64,000 nt of DNA, taken from assembly GCA_016193175.1 (NCBI GenBank), contig JACPSR010000142.1:118332-182331 (forward strand), read 5' to 3'. The DNA comes from Candidatus Omnitrophota bacterium. Its GTDB lineage: Bacteria > Omnitrophota > Gorgyraeia > Aquiviventales > Aquiviventaceae. Positions 17,141 to 25,828 of this stretch are shown here, piece by piece; the stretch's first letter is position 1; every line of letters starts with the position of its first letter. A program made the position numbers and the translations under genes. A model generated the notes under the pieces. That model saw only the letters and a program-made list of their open reading frames with translations. It was not told the DNA's origin and ran no database searches.

Positions 17141-18439
17141 ATGCAACGACGGATTGCCTTTTACATGCCACGCGTGAACCACCTGCGGGCGGTTGCCCCG
17201 GTGATCGATTACCTGGTTCGGCACTGCGCGGAGACCTTTAGGGTCACGGTCCTCTACCCGGGATGGAAGACGTCGAAGCTGGCCCTGCAACCGAAGGCTG
17301 AGGATTTCAGTAGCCTGTTTGGGAACCGGGTTGCTGTGGAACGGTTGGAGGACCCCTTCGCGCTTCTCCGGCTCATCAGGACAGGCTCCATCGATGCCCT
17401 CGTGAACTTACTGACACAGGTGACGGACGTCGACCCGCGGCTGCTTGCGACGTTGCGCGCTGAATCCCGCAAGGTCGGGACGAGATGGATCGCGCTGCCG
17501 TACGTATTTGCGCAGTCCGAATTTGTCCTCAAGGAGCCTGAAGCAGCACGCGACATGTGGGATCTGATTTGTGTCGAAGGTTCTTGTTCAGTGGAATACA
17601 TCGAATCACATCTGAACGGTGCCTCCCGCGCGCTCACACAGGCACTGATGAAACGAGTGGTAATCATCGGCTACCCAGAGCTTGACGGGGTTGGTCTGTT
17701 GGCAGATGCGCAGACGATTCGACACAAATACAGCTTGCCTGCTGACCGGCCCCTGATCTTCGTGGCGACCGCACCGACATTCTACCCATTGGTGAACCGC
17801 TCAGTAACCATGTACGGACTCGAGCGGCGCTTCCGCGCCGAATGGTGTCTGTCGCTCCGCGACCTCGCGGGCTATCTCGCCTCCCTGCACCACCCTGTCC
17901 TAACGCCATATCGCCGGTACCTGTCGGCGCTGCGCAGGTTTGCGGATGCGAACAACGCGTGCCTCGTGGCGAAGACAAGAGCGAAGCATCGTGACCCAAG
18001 CTATCTGACAGACTATGTGGATTATGTGTTTGGCGATCAGTCGTTCTTCCCGTTCACCACGCTGGAATTACTGCGAGTCTCGAAATTGTATGTGGGGTTC
18101 TACAGCTCGGCGGTCATCGAAGCCCTCGCGCTGGGGGTGTATCCGATCACCATGCTCTTTATGCCCATCGAGCGCGTCGAACCCTCTCCTGTCCGTCGGG
18201 CGTGGTTTGAGTTTTTCCACCGCGGGGAGGGCAGCCTGTGGAACACGCGGGGGGTGAGCGAGCTCGTGGACGGCACAAATCGGTCAGGGGCAGCGTGGCT
18301 CAAGCGATTTGTGCGCTCGAGCCTTGAGCAGTACGCGGTGGATGGGTCTCGGCAGGCGCAGTTGCTTGATAAGTTCATTAGCTACCGTGGCAGGAGTTGC
18401 GAACGGTTTGTCGAGGTGCTGGCGTCCTGCTGGTCATGA
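17141..18439 (+). CDS. Hypothetical transferase, GT-B-like (TagB/TagF or capsule-synthesis-like pattern)
   Basis: 432 aa. ..RVVIIGYPELDGV..RPLIFVATAPTF.. and ..ELLRVSKLYVGFYSSAVIEALALGVYPITMLF.. resemble the C-terminal pattern of CDP-glycerol glycerophosphotransferase-type enzymes (..sD.lItDySS...e...l..P.i..). This is weak, by-eye evidence only. Confidence 0.35.
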   Translation: MQRRIAFYMPRVNHLRAVAPVIDYLVRHCAETFRVTVLYPGWKTSKLALQPKAEDFSSLFGNRVAVERLEDPFALLRLIRTGSIDALVNLLTQVTDVDPRLLATLRAESRKVGTRWIALPYVFAQSEFVLKEPEAARDMWDLICVEGSCSVEYIESHLNGASRALTQALMKRVVIIGYPELDGVGLLADAQTIRHKYSLPADRPLIFVATAPTFYPLVNRSVTMYGLERRFRAEWCLSLRDLAGYLASLHHPVLTPYRRYLSALRRFADANNACLVAKTRAKHRDPSYLTDYVDYVFGDQSFFPFTTLELLRVSKLYVGFYSSAVIEALALGVYPITMLFMPIERVEPSPVRRAWFEFFHRGEGSLWNTRGVSELVDGTNRSGAAWLKRFVRSSLEQYAVDGSRQAQLLDKFISYRGRSCERFVEVLASCWS

Positions 18440-19731
18440 CACGTCACAAGCCGGGTGCCGAAGCAGGAATGAGAGAACCTGGAAGCCTGAGCCATCGGCG
18501 CAAGCTTGCGGTCCGGCTGCTCGCCATCGTTGGTTTCGTGTGGAGTCTTGAGGTCTGCGAGGGGATCTGGGTCCGTCGCCAGACCTATGCGGCGGCCGCA
18601 AGAAGGTTGGGTGTTGCCTACGATACACGCCTGCCGTTTGAGGTAGTGCGTGAGCTGAGACAGCGGGGCCTCGATGCCATTCCCGTATTCAATCGGCCAT
18701 GGTCCACGAACATCCACCACCCTGAGGACGGCGTGTTTGCCTTGGGTGGGTGGGCGAACAAACTGACGGTCTTGTGTAATGAGAATGGGTATTACGCCAT
18801 GTACGAGAGCGACCTTTATGGCTTTAATAACCCGCCAGACGCCTGGAGGGGGGGCCGCCCGGACGTCGTGCTCCTTGGCGATTCCTTCGTCCAGGGTTCC
18901 TGTGTCTGGCCGGACCAGACCATTGCGGCTCGGCTGCGCGAGGCGTCGTTGCAGACGCTCAACCTCGGCTACGGGGGGAATGGTCCGCTTGGGATGCTGG
19001 CGACTCTGATGGAGTACGCTGCGCTGTTGAGGCCGCACATTGTGCTTTGGTGCTACTACGAAGGGAACGACATCGCCGATCTGAATACTGAGAAACAGTA
19101 TCCGTATCTCCGGAACATGGCGTTCCTGAAGTCGGAAGGTCGTCAAGATTTGCGCCTGTGGCGGGCCGAGGTAGATCAGCTCTACAGCCTGCGGGCGACT
19201 GGCGGAGTGCTGTCGGCTAGGCAGGAATTCGTGAAGGTGCATGGCCCCGAGGCCATCTCATGGATCGATTGGATCATGTACCGTCGGCTGCATGGCTGGC
19301 TGAAGGAGGACTCGCTCGGGCTCTTTGCCATTCAGTGTCTCAAGCTGAGTCACTTGCGCACCCGCGTTGCTACCGTGTTGCGGTTGTTTGATGCAACTCG
19401 CCAGTCTCAAGAGGTCCTAGATGAGGAGCTGTTTCGCCACGTCTTGGCCGCGACGAAGGAAGTGATCAGCTCCTGGGATGGACAGATGTACGTGGTGTAC
19501 TTGCCTGAATGGCGCCGCTACCGCCTGATGGGTCGGCCGAACCGGTATCGTGATCACATGCTGCAGCTGCTGCGCAGTCTTGAGATTCCTGTCATTGACA
19601 TCGATGAAGCGTTTCGAGCTCATGGGGATCCCCTCAACCTGTTTCCGTTTCGACTCCAGGGCCATTACAATGAGCAGGGCTATCGGGTTGTGGCGCAGGC
19701 CATCCTGGAGAGGATCGCCGTTCGCCACTAG
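18436..19731 (+). CDS. Membrane-anchored SGNH/GDSL hydrolase-family protein (glycan O-acyl esterase/transferase-like)
   Basis: TM segment ..LAVRLLAIVGFVWSL.. Block I is VVLLGDSFVQG, block II LGYGGNGP, block III YYEGNDI, and block V ..QGHYNEQGY.. ATG 18436 forms an ATGA overlap with the upstream stop. Confidence 0.7.
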   Translation: MTRHKPGAEAGMREPGSLSHRRKLAVRLLAIVGFVWSLEVCEGIWVRRQTYAAAARRLGVAYDTRLPFEVVRELRQRGLDAIPVFNRPWSTNIHHPEDGVFALGGWANKLTVLCNENGYYAMYESDLYGFNNPPDAWRGGRPDVVLLGDSFVQGSCVWPDQTIAARLREASLQTLNLGYGGNGPLGMLATLMEYAALLRPHIVLWCYYEGNDIADLNTEKQYPYLRNMAFLKSEGRQDLRLWRAEVDQLYSLRATGGVLSARQEFVKVHGPEAISWIDWIMYRRLHGWLKEDSLGLFAIQCLKLSHLRTRVATVLRLFDATRQSQEVLDEELFRHVLAATKEVISSWDGQMYVVYLPEWRRYRLMGRPNRYRDHMLQLLRSLEIPVIDIDEAFRAHGDPLNLFPFRLQGHYNEQGYRVVAQAILERIAVRH

Positions 19732-20111
19732 CGCCGCTGGCAGGGGATGTTCCACGACACACGATCCTCGAATGCATTAGAACTCGTGCGTAGTGATGAG
19801 AGGGTGGGCTGGTTTCCCCCTTTCCCCCAAGTGACTGATGTGAGACCAAGTGCCGATTGGGTCCTGAGGTTCACCAACGCAGCGATATTGCGCACGCGCA
19901 GGCCATAGGCTCTGACCCGATGCCGGTAGACCTGAGCGAGGACTTGGTACTTCTTCATCCGGGCAATGACGTGCTCGATTCGGTAGAAGACGAGCAGTAG
20001 GAGCAGCAGCGGTGCCAACCGAGTGGCGAGCGTCGTGAACTGCTCCACGGGAAGACCTGTGAGCCGCCGCAGCTGTTGCGGTTTCCCGCTGAGACGCTGA
20101 AAACGGAGCAT
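19728..20111 (-). mobile_element. Internally deleted IS5/DDE_Tnp_4-type transposase relic
   Basis: The 127-aa ORF joins a transposase N-terminal HTH segment (MLRFQRLSGKPQQLRRLTGLPVEQFTTLATRLAP) directly to the extreme C-terminal DDE-family segment (..YRIEHVIARMKKYQVLAQVYRHRVRAYGLRVRNIAALVNLR..). The ~200-aa catalytic core is missing. The remainder of the ORF (19728 to about 19850) is read-through. It is one of only two minus-strand elements in the window. Confidence 0.6.
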
Positions 20112-20203
20112 GGCCCTCTCTCCCTTCTCGTTCCGGCCACGACTCCCACAGCGTTCATGTGACCAGGCATGTCAACTACGCACCAGTTCTATTGAAGCAG
20201 GAG

Positions 20204-21481
20204 ATGGAGAACATGAAGCTGTTAAAGGACGTCGAGCTGTATCGGGACGTGAGGATCGGCAACATTGTGTATCGAGGGAGCGAAGACAGCCCGGGCGGCG
20301 AGGTCGGGTATATCTTCGACCTGTTTCCAGTCGGCTACTTTGAGGGCAAGACCGTGCTGGATCTCGGTTCGGCCGGCGGGGCCATCTGCTTTGAAGCCGC
20401 GAGGCGGGGATGCGCCATGACAGTCGGGCTAGAACTCCAGAAGGAACGGATCGCGGGTGCTCGGCGGATCCAACGGCTTGCTGGCATGACTCGCGTGAGG
20501 TTTATCCGGCGCGATCTCTACGAGTTTCTCGAGCGGGGTGCCGGACGGTTCGATGTGATTTTCGCCCTGAACCTTTTGCATCACCTGAGCAACCCGCTGC
20601 CCCTGTTGCAAAAGATCTGCCGGTCCAGCAAGGAATACATCTGCCTCGAGGGGCCTTGGGACCTGACGGTGGCGCCGTTCCGAGAGTATTGCCCGCGGCT
20701 GGCCGCGATGGAGCGCGGCACGACATTCGCGACGGTTGGGGACTACCTGCGGTACTTCGCGCTCATGCACTTCTCCGTGGTAGGACAAGCCCCCTCCGCC
20801 GCGGTCAAGGAGTTTTATCTATCAGACCGCAGCCCACGGCGGGTCTCCCTGCTGCGGTATGCGCGACGCCTGAAAGATCGGGACACGCGGCTTTGGGGGA
20901 TGCGGCTGTTCCAAGGGTACCGGGATGGCTGCGACCGGTATGTCAGGGCGGATCCGTACTTTCTGGCATGCCACGATGTCCAGGAGCTGCTGGCCTCCCT
21001 CAAGTCGCGGTTTAACTCTGGCAGATGGAATTTCATCTTGGTGGGGCCTCGGGCTTCTGGAAAGAGCGTCATTTATGAGAACCTTCCTGCGCTCCACAAG
21101 CCCACCTACCATTCGAAGATTTTCAAGTTCAGCAACTGGTTGGGTATGAAGGGCCTGAGGCGACACCTCCATCCGACCAGTCAGTGTCACAGCAAGTTCG
21201 CCGAGGTGCTGCTCAGTACGATGGATGATGGGACAGCTCATGTCTCGCAAGAGGAGTTCCTGCAAGTCATCAAGGGGCGGCCTGTCGTGTGTGTCGTGTG
21301 CTACTGCGGGTTTGAGGAACACTTCGAGCGGCTGTATGCACGGGAAGTCCGTGATTTCTCGACGGAATATCACGATGTATATTTCGACCTCTCCTTACGG
21401 TTTGACTATCTCCGGTGGGTTGAGGCGTTCAGGCAGCAGGGAATCCCCTATGTTATCGCCGAACTGGCGCCGATGCACTAA
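20204..21481 (+). CDS. Fusion of a class-I SAM methyltransferase with a P-loop (kinase/sulfotransferase-like) domain
   Basis: N-terminus: ..GKTVLDLGSAGGAICFEAARRGCAMTVGLE.. and ..FDVIFALNLLHHL.. C-terminal ~170 aa: Walker-A-like ..FILVGPRASGKSVIYENL.. Start at ATG 20204 or 20213; the track start 20159 is less likely. Confidence 0.65.
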   Translation: MENMKLLKDVELYRDVRIGNIVYRGSEDSPGGEVGYIFDLFPVGYFEGKTVLDLGSAGGAICFEAARRGCAMTVGLELQKERIAGARRIQRLAGMTRVRFIRRDLYEFLERGAGRFDVIFALNLLHHLSNPLPLLQKICRSSKEYICLEGPWDLTVAPFREYCPRLAAMERGTTFATVGDYLRYFALMHFSVVGQAPSAAVKEFYLSDRSPRRVSLLRYARRLKDRDTRLWGMRLFQGYRDGCDRYVRADPYFLACHDVQELLASLKSRFNSGRWNFILVGPRASGKSVIYENLPALHKPTYHSKIFKFSNWLGMKGLRRHLHPTSQCHSKFAEVLLSTMDDGTAHVSQEEFLQVIKGRPVVCVVCYCGFEEHFERLYAREVRDFSTEYHDVYFDLSLRFDYLRWVEAFRQQGIPYVIAELAPMH

Positions 21482-21487
21482 CGAAGG

Positions 21488-22606
21488 ATGATCACGCGCG
21501 TTTCCTTGCAGCCGATGGTGCGCCATGTGGTGAGGAGTGGCAGGCTCATCCTGAGCAGTCTTGGCCTTGACGCAAGCCCAGGGGCATTACTGCTGGTGAC
21601 GGGTGGAGGCGATTGGGTGGTGAAACAGATCGCCGTTGCCCTCCAGACTCACCTCACACCGTACTATGGCAAGGTGCAGGTGCTTGACCACCTCTGGCAA
21701 CAACCGTATGTGACACAGGCGAACATCCATTGCCTGTGCCGCCCTGCCTTTTTCGACGGTCGAGGGATCCCAGCGCTGCATCCCTCTAACCGGCTGGTCG
21801 TGAGCTGGCTGCATGGCGGCAAGGATAGCAGGGATTCCCACCTTGTTGCGGCGTGCGAGCAGCTCGAACGGCATTGGCGCAAGGTCAGGCGATTCATCGT
21901 GCCCAACACGACGACCAAGCACAAGGTCCTTGAGTGCGGCGTGGAGCCTGACATCGTCCATCTGATTCCCAATGGCGTTGATACAAAGGTCTTCACCCCG
22001 TCGGGAATGGATGCCAACCGGCAGCGGATCCGGACGCAGCTCGGCGTCCCGTTGGATGCCTTTGTGGTCGGGTCATTTCAGCGGGACGGGGATGACCAAG
22101 GCAACCCGAAACTCATCAAGGGTCCGGACATCCTCGTGGAAACCCTGGCGGCCGTCCATGCGCGTAGGCCCGTGGTGGCCCTGCTGACGGGCTCTGGTCG
22201 AACCTATGTGCGGCGACGGTTGGACGAACTTGGCGTACCCCATGTGTATCAGTGGCTTCAGGATCTTCGCGAGCTGCCAGCGATGTACCATGCGATTGAT
22301 GCGTATCTCATTACCTCACGGGAGGAGGGTGGACCGACAGCCTTGCGCGAGAGCATGGCGAGCGGGGTGCCGGTGGTGAGCACACGGATGGGGCTGGCGG
22401 CTGATCTCATCAAGCATGAAGTGAATGGGCTGCTGGCTGAGGTGGGGGATGTGGAGGGATTAGCGAAGGGTCCGCTGGCGCTCATGGATAGCCCCTCATT
22501 GCGCAAGCGGCTCGCTGAGGCGGCGCTTGAAACCATCCGCCCGCTCGACTTTGCGGTGATTGCGCGCCGGTATCGAGAAGAAGTGTATCGATCGGTGTTC
22601 CGATGA
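21488..22606 (+). CDS. Glycosyltransferase family 1 (GT4-like)
   Basis: ..LITSREEGGPTALRESMASGVPVVSTRMGLAADLIKHEVNGLLAE.. (E-x7-E region). GAAGGA lies upstream of the ATG. Confidence 0.85.
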   Translation: MITRVSLQPMVRHVVRSGRLILSSLGLDASPGALLLVTGGGDWVVKQIAVALQTHLTPYYGKVQVLDHLWQQPYVTQANIHCLCRPAFFDGRGIPALHPSNRLVVSWLHGGKDSRDSHLVAACEQLERHWRKVRRFIVPNTTTKHKVLECGVEPDIVHLIPNGVDTKVFTPSGMDANRQRIRTQLGVPLDAFVVGSFQRDGDDQGNPKLIKGPDILVETLAAVHARRPVVALLTGSGRTYVRRRLDELGVPHVYQWLQDLRELPAMYHAIDAYLITSREEGGPTALRESMASGVPVVSTRMGLAADLIKHEVNGLLAEVGDVEGLAKGPLALMDSPSLRKRLAEAALETIRPLDFAVIARRYREEVYRSVFR

Positions 22607-23484
22607 ACCTCGCGACGCTCTCGAACGAAGAAAAGCAGAGCTTAATTGATGCCTTCTACTGGTACCAGACCATCCAGTTTAGCGACGGACTGAAGAGCCG
22701 TGGGACGGTAGACCACGCCGAGGCGTTTGCCAAGTACGGGTTTCCCAGCGTGGCTGGGCGCACGGTGCTCGATGTGGGGGCGAGCGAGGGCTACTTCGCA
22801 TTCGCCTTCGAGCGCCTGGGGGCACAGAAGGTCGTCGCGGTTGATGTGGATCGCTGGATCGGGGAGCCTGGGTTTGATTTGCCCGCCCGTACAAAAGCAC
22901 GACGGCTGCGCAAGTTCCAGCCGCTGGCAGGAGAGGAGGAGGCGTTCCGGACGCGCGAGGAGCTCGCCCGCAGGCTGGGCTTCGATCGTCCCAACCCGTT
23001 TTACCTTGCTCGTGCGATGCTACGCTCCAACGTGGACTTCCGATCCCTGAGCATCTATGACCTACCGCTCCTGTCGGAGCAGTTTGACCTTGTCTTCGTG
23101 GGGACCGTCACGACTCATCTCCAGGATCTCGTTGCGGCCTTTGAAGCGGTCCGTGCGGTCACACGCATGCAGGCGATCATCGCCTGTGCCGATCTGTTGG
23201 ATTTTGACGCGCTGGCGGGATGGCGTTGGCTAGCGTTTCAGGCGATCAGAGCGCTACGAGTGATGGGGAGCTTGAAGGACCAGGTGGCGATCCCACGCGA
23301 GAGTCCTGTCGCGCTCTACACGGCGAATGCGAGCGGCTCGATCTGGCGCCCGAGCGTAGAGTGCATTCAGGAGTTGCTGCTCTCCGCTGGCTTCAAAGAC
23401 GCAGCGGTCTACTCGCGGTTTGCGCTCAAGAACTTGCGTCATGGGACCCTGATGAACCATGTCGTGTTTCACGCATTCGTGTAG
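22603..23484 (+). CDS. Class-I SAM-dependent methyltransferase
   Basis: ..YWYQTIQFSDGLKSRGT...GRTVLDVGASEGYFAFAFERLGAQKVVAVD.. and ..FDLVFVGTVTTHL.. ATGA overlap with the upstream stop. Confidence 0.75.
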   Translation: MNLATLSNEEKQSLIDAFYWYQTIQFSDGLKSRGTVDHAEAFAKYGFPSVAGRTVLDVGASEGYFAFAFERLGAQKVVAVDVDRWIGEPGFDLPARTKARRLRKFQPLAGEEEAFRTREELARRLGFDRPNPFYLARAMLRSNVDFRSLSIYDLPLLSEQFDLVFVGTVTTHLQDLVAAFEAVRAVTRMQAIIACADLLDFDALAGWRWLAFQAIRALRVMGSLKDQVAIPRESPVALYTANASGSIWRPSVECIQELLLSAGFKDAAVYSRFALKNLRHGTLMNHVVFHAFV

Positions 23485-24700
23485 CAACAACACGTCACAG
23501 AACCGACCCAGGGGAAATCATTCCGAGGGACTGAAGCGCCCCATCAAGGTCGCATTTCTTCTGCAAGACTTTACCGTGGGGGGGATTTCAGAGTGGGTCT
23601 ACACAAGTTGTCTAGAATTACACAAGACCGAACCGGGTCTGTTTGACTTTCACTTTATCTGTACGCATGGGTGGGAGATCCGCCCGAAGTTCTTGAGGGT
23701 CGGAACGCCAGTGTTTTTAGGACGGCAAGGCAAGGCCCCCAATTGGGTGGTTTGGCGTCGTGTGAAGAACTATCTACAGCGCTTGGCACCCGATATTATC
23801 CAATTCAGCAATTTGGAGCAGTACCGTGACATCTGCTTTCAAGTCAGACCCCCGGTCATTATCGAGCGGAAGGCAGGCATGCGAACGATCAGGCAGTGCG
23901 ATTCGCATGGGGTCGATGGGGTCATTTGCCAAAATCGGAAGGTGATGGACGCGATAGACGTTGATCCTCATCGGAAATTCTTAGTTTATCATGGTGTCGA
24001 TATTGACTATATGAGGTCCGTTCCACCGAATCGGTTAGGCTTCTCACGCGACGACTTCATCGTGGGACAGATTTCTCGAATTGGCCGAGGGCAGAATCAG
24101 CGGTTGCTCATCGACGCTGTGGTAGCGCTGCGTAAGCAGTATCCGCATGTGAAGATGGTGCTTGTGGGCGGGGTGACGAAACAACCCGGGTCGATCGACA
24201 TCCTGCCTGAGCTACGCGAGTATGCCCGGCCGCTTGGGGACAACGCCGTCTTTACCGGTGACATCGAGGACCCATTCCCGTACCTCGCTGGTTTTGCTGT
24301 GGCGACATGTACCGGGACTCGCGACTTAGGCGAGGGCGCCCCCAGGAAGCTCATCGAGCCGATGGCGTTGGGGATTCCCTGTGTGACGACTGACGGTGGG
24401 GCGACGAATGAGGTTGTAGACGACGGCGTGGATGGATTCGTCATCGAGGACAACAACGTTGGGCAGATGGTGGCTCGGCTCGAGCAGTTGATGCTCGACA
24501 AGCCGTTGTACCATGCGTTCTCCATTCGCGCCCAACGAAAAGTTGAGCGGATGTTTAACATCGAAGTCCAGGCCCAGAAGCTGAAGCAGATCTTTCTGAC
24601 GCTCCTGGCAGACGCGCGTCAGGATTCGCAGAGATCGTCACGGGCCGCTCGCTCAGGATTTTGGTTTGTCGGACGGGGCCGGCAGACGATTGCGGTGTAA
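23459..24700 (+). CDS. Glycosyltransferase family 1 (GT4-like)
   Basis: ..IKVAFLLQDFTVGGISEWV.. and ..GEGAPRKLIEPMALGIPCVTTDGGATNEVVDDGVDGFVIE.. The start is uncertain (26-nt overlap with the upstream gene). The 5' half has visibly lower GC. Confidence 0.8.
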   Translation: MSCFTHSCSNNTSQNRPRGNHSEGLKRPIKVAFLLQDFTVGGISEWVYTSCLELHKTEPGLFDFHFICTHGWEIRPKFLRVGTPVFLGRQGKAPNWVVWRRVKNYLQRLAPDIIQFSNLEQYRDICFQVRPPVIIERKAGMRTIRQCDSHGVDGVICQNRKVMDAIDVDPHRKFLVYHGVDIDYMRSVPPNRLGFSRDDFIVGQISRIGRGQNQRLLIDAVVALRKQYPHVKMVLVGGVTKQPGSIDILPELREYARPLGDNAVFTGDIEDPFPYLAGFAVATCTGTRDLGEGAPRKLIEPMALGIPCVTTDGGATNEVVDDGVDGFVIEDNNVGQMVARLEQLMLDKPLYHAFSIRAQRKVERMFNIEVQAQKLKQIFLTLLADARQDSQRSSRAARSGFWFVGRGRQTIAV

Positions 24701-24709
24701 GGAGCCACC

Positions 24710-25828
24710 ATGTCGACGGTGCCCACGAGAGCGGCGATTCGCTACCGCGCAACAGAGCCGCTGATCTCGCCAAAGGTGCTGGAAAACCTCAGGCGCGTCT
24801 TGGAGGAAAAATACCTCAGTCCTGGCACGTGGGTGCGGGAATTCGAGCAGCGTTGGGCGAAGATCTGCGGTGTGAAGTACGCGGTGGCGACGTCGAGCGG
24901 GACCGCCGCGCTCCATCTGACGCTGAAGGCTGCAGGCATTGGGACAGGGGATGAGGTCATCGTTCCAGCTATGACGTGTCCCGATACCTTGAATGCCGCC
25001 ACGTTTGTGGGAGCCAAGCCGGTGATTGTCGACATTGAGCCAGTGCGGTATGGCATGGATCCGCAGCGGATGAAAGAAACGATCACGCGGCGCACCAAGG
25101 CGGTGGTTCCCGTACACCTGTACGGTTGTGTGGTGGCGCCTGAAGTCTTTGAGATCAGTCGGGCGAAGGGGTTGTTAGTGATTGAGGACGCGGCCGAGGC
25201 CCACGGGGCCGAGCTCAATGGTCGCAAGGCCGGTGCGCTCGGCATCGCGGGGTGCTTCAGTTTCCGGGGGGACAAAGTCTTAGGGGTGGGGACGGGAGGC
25301 ATGATCGTGACCGACGATGCCAGGATTGCGGAACGCTCCCGCTATCTCCTCGGAATGGCCAGTCCCGGCGGGTTTGACCGGTATGGTAGTACCGAGATGG
25401 GCTACAGCTATGAGCTCTCGAACATCCATGCGGCCATTGGGGTCGCGCAAATCGGCATGCTTGAAGAAACGCTGAAGACCCGACGGGCTATTGCAGGTTG
25501 GTATGACGAGATGCTGCCTGATGAGGACATCGAGAAACCCGCCATGGTCCCTGGCCATGTGTGGTGGAGGTATGGGGTGCTGCTGAAACGAGCCAATCCC
25601 CGGGCGGTGCATCAGACATTACTGGAACGTGGGATCGAAACGATGCCGCCGTTTGTGCCCATGTATCGCATTCCGATGTACCGTGATGGATGCGACCTCA
25701 CGCAGTTTCCGGTCGCCGAAGATGTCTATCGGCGGTCCCTGGCGCTTCCCATCAGCCCCTATCTACAGCGGGAAGACGTTGAGGAAATCGTCACTGCCCT
25801 CCAGCACGCCATGAAGGTATGCCCGTGA
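24710..25828 (+). CDS. DegT/DnrJ/EryC1-family PLP aminotransferase (paralog A)
   Basis: AAGGAG lies 5 nt upstream of the ATG. ..YAVATSSGTAALHLTLKAAGIGTGDEVIVPAMTCPDT.., ..VIEDAAEAHGAE.., ..CFSFRGDKVLGVGTGGMIVT.. (PLP lysine). Collinear with the 43366..44484 gene. Confidence 0.9.
   Translation: MSTVPTRAAIRYRATEPLISPKVLENLRRVLEEKYLSPGTWVREFEQRWAKICGVKYAVATSSGTAALHLTLKAAGIGTGDEVIVPAMTCPDTLNAATFVGAKPVIVDIEPVRYGMDPQRMKETITRRTKAVVPVHLYGCVVAPEVFEISRAKGLLVIEDAAEAHGAELNGRKAGALGIAGCFSFRGDKVLGVGTGGMIVTDDARIAERSRYLLGMASPGGFDRYGSTEMGYSYELSNIHAAIGVAQIGMLEETLKTRRAIAGWYDEMLPDEDIEKPAMVPGHVWWRYGVLLKRANPRAVHQTLLERGIETMPPFVPMYRIPMYRDGCDLTQFPVAEDVYRRSLALPISPYLQREDVEEIVTALQHAMKVCP

Noticed and set aside
19740-20160. 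Terminal inverted repeats or target-site duplication of the IS relic.
   Set aside because: Comparing both flanks by eye gave only a short shared GAGAGGG string. That is not enough to call element ends, so only the transposase-derived coding remnant is reported.
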